Source: Eledone cirrhosa
Taxonomy: Eukaryota
NCBI GenBank assembly: GCA_964016885.1
Contig: OZ024744.1
Span: forward strand, 124,620,001-124,684,000
DNA length: 64,000 nt
Reading direction: 5' to 3'
In this document: in pieces, positions 1 to 12,103 of the stretch
Numbering within the stretch: position 1 is the first letter of the stretch
Layout: every line of letters begins with the position of its first letter
Program-made: the position numbers and the translations under genes
The notes under the pieces: generated by a model
The model's database searches: none
Seen by the model: only the letters and a program-made list of their open reading frames with translations
Told to the model about the DNA's origin: nothing

Positions 1-120
1 TTGGGGTTATTTTAAGTTGGGGTTGAGTTAAGTTGGGGTTGAGTGAAGTTGGAGTTAAGTTAAGTTGTGGTTGAGTGAAGTTGGGGTTAAGTTAAGTTGG
101 CGTTAAGTTAAGTTGGGGTT
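1..120 (-). repeat. Inverted-orientation island 1 (partial; G-rich on +)
   Basis: TTGGGGTTAAGTTAAG-type monomers ending in GGGGTT|AACCCC at 120/121. Confidence 0.95.
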
Positions 121-1932
121 AACCCCAACTTAACCTAACCCCAACTTAACTTAACCCAAACTTAATTTAACCCCAGCTTAACTTATCCCCAACTTAATTT
201 ATCCCCAACTTAACTTATCCCCAACTTAACTTAACCCCAACTTAAATTAACCCCAACTTAACTTAACCCCAACTTAACTTAACCCCAACTTGACTTAACC
301 CCAACTTAACTGAACCCCAACTTAACTTAACCCCAACTTAAATTAACCCCAACTTAACTTAAACTAAACTTAACTAACCCCAACTTAACTTAACCTCAAC
401 TTAACTTAACCCCAACTTAACTTAAACCCAACTTAACTTAACCCCAATTTAACTTATCCCCAACTTAACTTATCCCCAACTTAACCTAACCCAAACTTAA
501 CTTCACCCCAACTTAACTTAACCCCAACTTAATTTAACCCCAACTTAACTTAACCCTAACTTAACTTAACACCGACTTAACTTAACCCCGACTTAACTTA
601 AGCCCAACTTAACTTAACCCCAACTTAACTTAACCCCAACTTTACTTAACCCCAACTTAATTTAACCCCAACTTAACCCAAACTTAACTTAACCCCAACT
701 TAACTAAACCCCAACTTAACTTAACCCCAACTTAACTTAACCCCAACTTAATTTAACCCCAACTTAACTTAAACCCAACTTAACTTAACCCCAACTTAAC
801 TTATCCCCAACTTAACTTATTCCCAACTTAACCTAACCCAAACTTAACTTAACCCCAACTTAACTTAACCCCAACTTAATTTAACCCCAACTTAACTTAA
901 CCTCAACTTAACTGAGACCCAACTTAACTTACCCCCAACTTAACTTAACCCCAACTTAACTTAACCCCAACTTAACTTAGACCCAACTTAACTTAGCCCC
1001 AACTTAACTTAAACCCAAATTAACTTAGCCCTAACTTAACTTAGCCCCAACTTAACTTAAACCCAACTTAACTTAACCCCAACTTAACTTAACCCCAACT
1101 TAACTTATCCCCAACTTAACTCAAACCCAAGTTAACTTAACCTCAATTTAACTTAACCGCAACTTAGCTTAACCCCAACTTAACTTAACCCCAACCTAAA
1201 TTAACCCCAACTTAACTTAACCCCAACTTAAGTTAACCCCAACTTAACTTAACCCCAACTTAACTCAGCCCCAACTTAACTTAGCCCCAACTTGAATTAA
1301 CCCCAACTTAACTCAACCCCAACTTAACTTAAACCCAACTTAAATTAACCCCAACTTAACTTAACCCCAACTTAACTTATCCCCAACTTAACTCAAACCC
1401 AAGTTAACTTAACCTCAATTTAACTTAACCCCAACTTATCTTAACCCCAACTTAACTTAACCCCAACCTAAATTAACCCCAACTTAACTTAACCCCAACT
1501 TAAGTTAACCCCAACTTAACATAACCCCAACTTAAATTAACCCTAACTTAACTTAACCCCAACTTAACTTAACCCCAACTTCACTCAACCCCAACTTAAC
1601 TTACACCCAACTTAAATTAACCCTAACTTAACTTAACCCCAACTTAACTTAACCCCAACTTCACTCAACCCCAACTTAACTTACACCCAACTTAACTTAA
1701 CCCCAACTTAATTTAACCCCAACTTAACTTAACCCCAACTTAACATAACCACCACTTAACTTAACCCCAACTTAACTCAACCCCAACTTAAATTAACCCT
1801 AACTTAACTTAACCCCAACTTAACTTAACCCCAACTTAATTTACCCCCAACTTAACTTACCCCCAACTTAACTTAACCCCAACTTAAGTTAAGCCTAACT
1901 TAACTTAACCCCAACTTAACTTAACTCCGACT

Positions 1933-2132
1933 TTGGGGTTAAGTTAAGTGGGGGTTAAGTTAAGTTGGGGTTAAGTCAAGTTGGGGTTAAGTTAAGTTGG
2001 GGGTAAGTTAAGTTGGGTGTGAGTTGAGTCGGGGTTAAGTCAAGTTGGGGTTAAGTTAAGTTGGGGTTAAGTTAAGTTGGGGTTGAGTGAAGTTGGGGTT
2101 AAGTTAAGTTGGGGTTAAGTTAAGTTGGGGTT
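1933..2132 (-). repeat. Inverted island 2 (type A entry junction)
   Basis: AACTCCGACTTTGGGG entry. Palindromic exit at 2132/2133. Confidence 0.95.
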
Positions 2133-5100
2133 AACCCCAACTTAACCTAACCCCAACTTAACTGAACCCCAACTTAACTTAACCCCAACTTAATTTAACC
2201 CCAGCTTAACTTAACCCCAACTTAATTTAACCCCAACTTAACTTAACCCCAACTTAACTTAAACCCAACTTAAATTAACCCCAACTTAGCTTATCCCCAA
2301 CTTAACTTATCCCCAACTTAACCTAACCCCAACTTAACTTAACCCCAACTTAACTTAACCCCAACTTAACTTAACCCCAACTTAACTGATTCCCAACTTA
2401 ACTTAAACTCAACTTAAATTAACCCCAACTTAAGTTAAACCCAACTTAACATAACCCCAACTTAACTTAACCCCAACTTAAGTCAACCCCAACTTAACTT
2501 AACCCTAACTTAACTTAACCCCAAATTAACTTAACCCCAACTTAACTTAACCCCATCTTAACTTACCCCCAACTTAACTTACCACCAACTTACCTTACCC
2601 CCAACTTAACTTAACCCCAACTTAATTTAAACCCAACTTAACTTAACCCCAACTTAACTTAACCCCATCTTAACTTATCCCCAACTTAACTTAAGCCCAA
2701 CTTAAGTCAACCCCAACTTAACTCAACCCCAACTTAATTAAACCCCAACTTAACTTAACCCCAACTTAACTTAAACCCAACTTAACTTAAACCCAACTTA
2801 AGTTAACCCCAACTTAACTTAACCCCAACTTCCCTCAACCCCAACTTAACTTAACCCCAACTTATCTTAACCCCAACTTAACTTAAACCCAACTTATCTT
2901 AACCCCAACTTAAATTAACTCCAACTTAAGTTACCCCCAACTTAACTTAACCCCAACTTAACTTAACCCCAACTTAGCTTATCCCCAACTTAACTTAACC
3001 CCAACTTAATATAACCCCAACTTAACTTAACCCCAACTTAACACAACCCCAACTTAAATTAACCCCAACTTAACTTAACCCCAACTTAACTTAACCCCAA
3101 CTTAATTAACCCCAACTTAATTTAACCCCAACTTAACTTAACCCCAACTTAACTTAACCCTAACTCAACTTAGACCCAACTTAACTTAGCCCCAACTTAA
3201 CTTAACCCCAACTTAACTTAGCCCTAACTTAACTTAGTCCCAACTTAACTTAAACCCAACTTAACGTAAACCCAACTTAACTTAACCCCAACTTAACTTA
3301 ACCCCAACTTAAATAACCCCAACTTAAATTAACCCCAACTTAACTTAACCCCAACTTAACTTAACCCCAACTTAAAATAACCTCAACTTAAATTAACCCC
3401 AACCTAACTCAACCCCAACTAAACTTAACCCCGACTTAACTTAACCCCAACTTAACTTAACCCCAACTTAACTGAACCCCAACTTAACTTAACCCCAACT
3501 TCACTCAACCCCAACTTAACTTAACCCCAACTTAACTTAACTCCAACTTAACTTAACCACAAAGTTAACTTAACCCCAATTTAAATTAACCCCAACTTAT
3601 CTTAACCCCAACTTAACATAACCACCACTTAAATTAACCCCAACTTAACCCCAACTTAACTTAACCCCAACATAACACCAACTTAACTTAACCCCAACTT
3701 AAATTAACCCCAACTCTACTTAACCCCAACTTAACATAACCCCAACTTAACATAACCCCAACTTAAATTAACCCTAACTTAACTTAACCCCAACTTAATT
3801 TAACCCCAACTTAACTTAACCCCAACTTAACTTAAACCCAAATTAAGTTAACCCCAACTTAACTTAACCCCAAATTAACTCAACCCCAACTTAACTCAAC
3901 CCCAACTTAACTTAACCCCAACTTATCTTAACCCCAACTTAACTTAACCCCAACTTAACTTAACCCCAACTTAACTTAACCCCAACTGAACATAACCACC
4001 TCTTAACTTAACCCCAACTTAACTCAACCCCAACTTAACTTAAACCCAACTTAACATAACCCCAACTTAACTTAACCCCAACTTAAGTCAACCCCAACTT
4101 AACTTAACCCTAACTTAACTTAACCCCAAATTAACTTAACCCCAACTTAACTTAACCCCATCTTAAGTCAACCCTAACTTAACTTAACCCCAACTTAACC
4201 CAACTTAACTTAACCCCAACTTAACTTACCACCAACTTAACTTACCCCCAACTTAACTTAACCCCAAAATAACTTAACCCCAACTTAACTTAACCCCATC
4301 TTAACTTACACCCAACTTAACTTACCCCCAACTTAACTTGCCCCCAACTTAACTTAACCCCAACTTAACTTAACCCCAACTTAAATTAACCCCAACTTAA
4401 CTTAACCCCAACTTATCTTAACCCCAACTTAAATTAACCCCAACTTAATTTAACCCCAACTTAAATTAACCCCAACTTAACTTAACCCCAACTTAACTTA
4501 ACCCCAACTTAACTTAACCCCAACTTAACTTAACCCCAACTTAACTTAACCGCAACTTAACTTAACCCCAACTTAACTTAACCCCAACTTAACTTAAACC
4601 CAACTTAACATAACCCCAACTTAACTTAACCCCAACTTAAGTCAACCCCAACTTAACTTAACCCTAACTTAACTTAACCCCAAATTAACTTAACCCCAAC
4701 TTAACTTAACCCCATCTTAACTTACCCCCAACTTAACTTACCACCAACTTACCTTACCCCCAACTTAACTTAACCCCAACTTAATTTAACCCCAACTTAA
4801 CTTAACCCCAACTTAACTTAACACCATCTTAACTTAACCCCAACTTAACCTAACCCCAACTTAACTTAACCCCAACTTCACTCAACCCCAACTTAACTTA
4901 ACCCCAACTTAACTTAACTCCAACTTAACTTAACCACAAAGTTAACTTAACCCCAATTTAAATTAACCCCAACTTAACTTAACCCCAACTTAACATAACC
5001 ACCACTTAACTTAACCCCAACTTAACCCCAACTTAACTTAACCCCAACTTAACACCAACTTAACTTAACCCCAACTTAAATTAACCCCAACTCTACTTAA

Positions 5101-8100
5101 CCCCAACTTAACGTACACCCAACTTAACTTAACCCCAACTTAATTTAACCCCAACTTAACTTAACCCCAACTTAACTTAAACCCAAATTAAGTTAACCCC
5201 AACTTAACTTAACCCCAAATTAACTCAACCCCAACTTAACTCAACCCCAACTTAACTTAACCCCAACTTATCTTAACCCCAACTTAACTTAACCCCAACT
5301 TAACTTAACCCCAACTTAACTTAACCCCAACTGAACATAACCGCCTCTTAACTTAACCCCAACTTAACTCAACCCCAACTTAACTTAACCCTAACTTAAC
5401 TTAACCCCAACTTAACCCAACTTAACTTAACCCCAACTTAACTTACCCCCAACTTAACTTACCACCAACTTAACTTACCCCCAACTTAACTTAACCCCAA
5501 AATAACTTAACCGCAACTTAACTTAACCCCATCTTAACTTACACCCAACTTAACTTACCCCCAACTTAACTTACCCCCAACTTAACTTAACCCCAACTTA
5601 ACTTAACCCCAACTTAAATTAACCCCAACTTAACTTAACCCCAACTTAAATTAACCCCAACTTAACTTAACCCCAACTTAACTTAACCCCAACTTAAAAT
5701 AACCTCAACTTAAATTAACCCCAACTTAACTCAACCCCAACTTAACTTAACCCCGACTTAACTTAACCCCAACTTAACTTAACCCCAACTTAACTGAACC
5801 CCAACTTAACTTAACCCCAACTTCACTCAACCCCAACTTAACTTAACCCCAACTTAACTTAACTCCAACTTAACTTAACCACAAAGTTAACTTAACCCCA
5901 ATTTAAATTAACCCCAACTTATCTTAACCCCAACTTAACATAACCACCACTTAAATTAACCCCAACTTAACCCCAACTTAACTTAACCCCAACATAACAC
6001 CAACTTAACTTAACCCCAACTTAAATTAACCCCAACTCTACTTAACCCCAACTTAACATAACCCCAACTTAACATAACCCCAACTTAAATTAACCCTAAC
6101 TTAACTTAACCCCAACTTAATTTAACCCCAACTTAACTTAACCCCAACTTAACTTAAACCCAAATTAAGTTAACCCCAACTTAACTTAAACCCAAATTAA
6201 CTCAACCCCAACTTAACTCAACCCCAACTTAACTTAACCCCAACTTATCTTAACCCCAACTTAACTTAACCCCAACTTAACTTAACCCCAACTTAACTTA
6301 ACCCCAACTGAACATAACCACCTCTTAACTTAACCCCAACTTAACTCAACCCCAACTTAACTTAACCCTAACTTAACTTAACCCCAACTTAACCCAACTT
6401 AACTTAACCCCAACTTAACTTACCACCAACTTAACTTACCCCCAACTTAACTTAACCCCAAAATAACTTAACCCCAACTTAACTTAACCCCATCCTAACT
6501 TACACCCAACTTAACTTACCCCCAACTTAACTTACCCCCAACTTAACTTAACCCCAACTTAACTTAACCCCAACTTAAATTAACCCCAACTTAACTTAAC
6601 CCCAACTTAATTTAACCCCAACTTAACTTAACCCCAACTTATCTGAACCCCAACTTAAATTAACCCCAACTTAATTTAACCCCAACTTAAATTAACCCCA
6701 ACTTAACTTAACCCCAACTTAACTTAACCCCAACTTAACTTAACCCCAACTTAACTTAACCCCAACTTAACTTAACCGCAACTTAACTTAACCCCAACTT
6801 AACTTAACCCCAACTTAACTGAAACCCAACTTAACATAACCCCAACTTAACTTAACCCCAACTTAAGTCAACCCCAACTTAACTTAACCCTAACTTAACT
6901 TAACCCCAAATTAACTTAACCCCAACTTAACTTAACCCCATCTTAACTTACCCCCAACTTAACTTACCACCAACTTACCTTACCCCCAACTTAACTTAAC
7001 CCCAACTTAATTTAACCCCAACTTAACTTAACCCCAACTTAACTTAACCCCATCTTAACTTAACCCCAACTTAACTTAACCCCAACTTAACTTATCCCCA
7101 ACTTAACTCATCCCCAACTTAACCTAACCCCAACTTAACTTAACTCCAACTTAACTTAACCACAAAGTTAACTTAACCCCAATTTAAATTAACCCCAACT
7201 TAACATAACCACCACTTAACTTAACCCCAACTTAACCCCAACTTAACTTAACCCCAACTTAACACCAACTTAACTTAACCCCAACTTAAATTAACCCCAA
7301 CTCTACTTAACCCCAACTTAACGTACACCCAACTTAACTTAACCCCAACTTAATTTAACCCCAACTTAACTTAACCCCAACTTAACTTAAACCCAAATTA
7401 AGTTAACCCCAACTTAACTTAACCCCAAATTAACTCAACCCCAACTTAACTCAACCCCAACTTAACTTAACCCCAACTTATCTTAACCCCAACTTAACTT
7501 AACCCCAACTTAACTTAACCCCAACTTAACTTAACCCCAACTGAACATAACCGCCTCTTAACTTAACCCCAACTTAACTCAACCCCAACTTAACTTAACC
7601 CTAACTTAACTTAACCCCAACTTAACCCAACTTAACTTAACCCCAACTTAACTTACCCCCAACTTAACTTACCACCAACTTAACTTACCCCCAACTTAAC
7701 TTAACCCCAAAATAACTTAACCCCAACTTAACTTAACCCCATCTTAACTTACACCCAACTTAACTTACCCCCAACTTAACTTACCCCCAACTTAACTTAA
7801 CCCCAACTTAAATTAACCCCAACTTAATTTAACCCCAACTTAACTTAACCCCAACTTATCTTAACCCCAACTTAAATTAACCCCAACTTAATTTAACCCC
7901 AACTTAACTTAACCCCAACTTAACTTAACTCCAACTTAACTTAACCCCAACTTAACTTAACCGCAACTTAACTTAACCCCAACTTAACTTAACCCCAACT
8001 TAAGTTAAACCCAACTTAACATAACCCCAACTTAACTTAACCCCAACTTAAGTCAACCCCAACTTAACTTAACCCTAACTTAACTTAACCCCAAATTAAC

Positions 8101-8855
8101 TTAACCCCAACTTAACTTAACCCCATCTTAACTTACCCCCAACTTAACTTACCACCAACTTACCTTACCCCCAACTTAACTTAACCCCAACTTAATTTAA
8201 ACCCAACTTAACTTAACCCCAACTTAACTTAACCCCATCTTAACTTAACCCCAACTTAACTTAAGCCCAACTTAAGTCAACCCCAACTTAACTCAACCCC
8301 AACTTAATTAAACCCCAACTTAACTTAACCCCAACTTAACTTAAACCCAACTTAACTTAAACCCAACTTAAGTTAACCCCAACTTAACTTAACCCCAACT
8401 TCCCTCAACCCCAACTTAACTTAACCCCAACTTAACTTAACCCCAACTTAACTTAACCACAAAGTTAACTTAACCCCAATTTAAATTAACCCCAACTTAA
8501 GTTAACCCCAACTTAACATAACCACCACTTAACTTAAACCCAACTTAACCCCAACTTAACTTAACCCCAACTTAACACCAACTTAACTTAACCCCAACTC
8601 TACTTAACCCCAACTTAACTTAACCCCAACTTCACTCAACCCCAACTTAACTTACACCCAACTTAACTTAACCCCAACTTAATTTAACCATAACTTAACT
8701 TAACCCCAACTTAACATAACCACCACTTAACTTAACCCCAACTTAAGTTAACCCCAACTTAACTTACCCCCAACTTAACTTACCCCCAACTTAACTTAAG
8801 CCCAACTTAAGTTAAGCCTAACTTAACTTAACCCCAACTTAACGTAACTCCGATT

Positions 8856-9150
8856 TTGGGGTTAAGTTAAGTTGGGGGTAAGTTAAGTTGGGTGTGAGTT
8901 AAGTTGGGGTTAAGTCAAGTTGGGATTAAGTTAAGTTGGGGTTAAGTTAAGTTGGGGTTAAGTTAAGTTGGGGTTAAGTTAAGTCGGGGTTAAGTTAAGT
9001 CGGGGTTAAGTTAAGTTAGGGTTAAGTTAAGTTGGGGTTAACTTAAGTTGGGGTTGAGTTAAGTTGGGGTTGAGTGAAGTTGGGGTTAAGTTAAGTTGGG
9101 GTTGAGTGAAGTTGGGGCTAAGTTAAGTTGGGGTTAGTTAAGTTGGGGTT
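8856..9150 (-). repeat. Inverted island 3 (type B entry junction)
   Basis: AACGTAACTCCGATTTTGGGG entry. Exit GGGGTT|GACCCC (one substitution) at 9150/9151. Confidence 0.95.
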
Positions 9151-10761
9151 GACCCCAACTTAACCTAACCCCAACTTAACTTAACCCCAACTTAAGTTAA
9201 CCCCAGCTTAACTTATCTCCAACTTAATTTAACCCCAACTTAACTTAACCCCAACTTAACTTAAACCCAACTTAACTTAACCCCAACTTAGCTTATCCCC
9301 AACTTTACTTATCCCCAACTTAACCTAACCCCAACTTAACTTAACCCCAACTTAAATTAACCCCAACTTGACTTATCCCCAACTTAACTGAACCCCAACT
9401 TAACTTAACCCCAACTTAAATTAACCCCAACTTAACTTAAACTAAACTTAACTAACCCCAACTTAACTTAACCCCCAACTTAACTTAACCCCAACTTAAC
9501 TTAACCACAACTTAACTTAAACCCAACTTAACTTAACCCCAACTTAACTTATCCCCAACTTAACTAATCCCCAACTTAACCTAACCCAAACTTAACTTAA
9601 CCCCAACTTAACTTAACCCCAACTTAATTTAACCCCAACTTAACTTAACCCCAGCTTAACATAAACCCAACTTAACTTAACCCCAAGTTAAATTATCCCC
9701 AACTTAACTTATCCCCAACTTAACCTAACCCCAACTTAACTTAAACCCAACTTAACTTAACCCCAACTTAATTTAACCCCAACTTAACCTAACCCAAACT
9801 TAACCTAACCCCAACTTAACTTAACCCCAACTTAATTTAACCCCAACTTAACTTAACCCCAGCTTAACTTAAAGCCAACTTAACTTAACCCCAACTTAAC
9901 TTAACCCTAACTTAACTTAACACCGACTTAACTTAACCCCGACTTAACTTAACCCCAACTTAACTTAACCCCAACTTAACTTAACCCCAACTTAACTTAA
10001 CCCCAACTTAATTTAACCCCAAATTAACCCAAACTTAACTTAACCCCAACTTAACTGAACCACAACTTAACTTAACCCAAAATTAACTTAACCCCAACTT
10101 AACTTAACCCCAACTTAACTTAACCCCAACTTAACTCAGCCCCAACTTAACTTAGCCCCAACTTAAATTAACCCCAACTTAATTTAACCCCAACTCAACT
10201 TAACCCCAACTTAAGTTGACCCCAACTTAAATTAAACCCAACTTAACTTAACCCCAACTTAACTTAACCCCAACTTAACTTAGCCCCAACTTAACTTAGC
10301 CCCAACTTAACTTAGCCCCAACTTAACTTAACCACAACTTAACTTAACCTCAACTTAACCCCAACTTAACTTAACCCCAACTTAAATTAACCCCAACTTA
10401 ACATAACCTCAACTTAAATTAACCCCAACTTAACTCAACCCCAACTTAACTTAACCCCGACTTAACTTAACCCCTACTTAACTTAACCCCAACTTAACAC
10501 CAACTTAACTTAACCCCAACTTAACATAACCCCAACTTAAATTAACCCTAACTTAACTTAACCCCAACTTAACTTAACCCCAACATCAGTCAACCCCAAC
10601 TTAACTTACACCCAACTTAACTTAACCCCAACTTAATTTAACCCCAACTTAACTTAACCCCAACTTAACATAACCACCACTTAACTTACCCCCAAATTAA
10701 CTTAACCCCAACTTAAGTTAAGCCTAACTTAACTTAACCCCAACTTAACTTAACTCCGACT

Positions 10762-11105
10762 TTGGGGTTAAGTTAAGTTGGGGTTAAGTTAAGTTGGGGT
10801 TAAGTCAAGTTGGGGTTAAGTTAAGTTGGGGGTAAGTTAAGTTGGGTGTGAGTTAAGTTGGGGTTTATTCAAGTTGGGGTTAAGTTAAGTTGGGGTTAAT
10901 TTAAGTTGGGATTAAGTTAAGTTGGGGTTAAGTTAAGTCGGGGTTAAGTTAAGTCGGGGTTGAGTTAAGTTAGGGTTAAGTTAAGTTGGGGTTAAGTTAA
11001 GTTGGGGTTGAGTTAAGTTGGGGTTGAGTGAAGTTGTGGTTAAGTTAAGTTGGGGTTGAGTGAAGTTGGGGTTAAGTTAAGTTGGGGTTAAGTTAAGTTG
11101 GGGTT
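10762..11105 (-). repeat. Inverted island 4 (type A)
   Basis: AACTCCGACTTTGGGG entry. Exit at 11105/11106. Confidence 0.95.
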
Positions 11106-11764
11106 AACCCCAACTTAACCTAACCCCAACTTAACTTAACCCCAACTTAACTTAACCCCAACTTAATTTAACCCCAGCTTAACTTAACCCCAACTTAATT
11201 TAACACAAACTTAACTTAACCCCAACTTAACTTAAACCCAACTTAACTTAACCCCAACTTAGCTCATCCCCAACTTAACTTATCCCCAACTTAACCTAAC
11301 CCCAAATTAACTTAACTCCAACTTAACTTAACCCCAACTTAACTTAACCCCAACTTAACTGAACCCCAACTTAACTTAACCCTAACTTAAATTAACCCCA
11401 ACTTAACTTAAACTCAACTTAACTAACCCCAACTTAACTTAACCCCAACTTAACTTAACACCAACTTAACTTAACCCCAACTTAACTTAACCCCAACTCG
11501 ACTTAACCCCAACTTAACTTAACCCCAACTTAACATAACCCCAACTTAAATTAACCCTAACTTAACTTAACCCCAACTTAACTTAACCCCAACTTCACTC
11601 AACCCCAACTTAACTTACACCCAAATTAACTTAACCCCAACTTAACCCCAACTTAACTTAACCCCAACTTAACTTACCCCCAACTTAACTTACCCCCAAC
11701 TTAACTTAACCCCAACTTAAGTTAAGCCTAACTTAACTTAACCCCAACTTAACTTAACTCCGAA

Positions 11765-12103
11765 TTGGGGTTAAGTTAAGTTGGGGTTAAGTTAAGTTGG
11801 GGTTAAGTCAAGCTGGGGTTAAGTTAAGTTGGGGGTAAGTTAAGTTGGGTGTGAGTTAAGTTGGGGTTAAGTCAAGTTGGGGTTAAGTTAAGTTGGGGTT
11901 AAGTTAAGTTGGGGTTAAGTTAAGTTGGGGTTAAGTAAAGTCGGGGTTAAGTTAAGTCGGGGTTAAGTTCGGGTTAAGTTAAGTTGGGGTTATTTTAAGT
12001 TGGGGTTGAGTTAAGTTGGGGTTGAGTGAAGTTGGAGTTAAGTTAAGTTGTGGTTGAGTGAAGTTGGGGTTAAGTTAAGTTGGCGTTAAGTTAAGTTGGG
12101 GTT
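11765..12103 (-). repeat. Inverted island 5 (type C entry AACTCCGAATTGGGG)
   Basis: Its last 120 bp match window positions 1-120 (private variants GGGGTTATTTTAAG, GGAG, GTGG, GGCG). Exit at 12103/12104. Confidence 0.95.

Noticed and set aside
553-560. Scattered CCCTAA (TTAGGG) hexamers
   Set aside because: Isolated single-base variants of CCCCAA, never in tandem.
121-1932. Active telomerase-synthesised terminal tract
   Set aside because: Too degenerate, with heritable variant cassettes, multi-kb duplications and inversions. Telomerase-made tracts are unidirectional and near-homogeneous.
1933-2132. Inverted islands as sequencing fold-back chimeras
   Set aside because: Junction sequences are stereotyped, exist as heritable alleles and recur within larger duplications. 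Islands carry variants that do not mirror adjacent sequence, unlike read fold-backs. Raw-read confirmation is still advisable.
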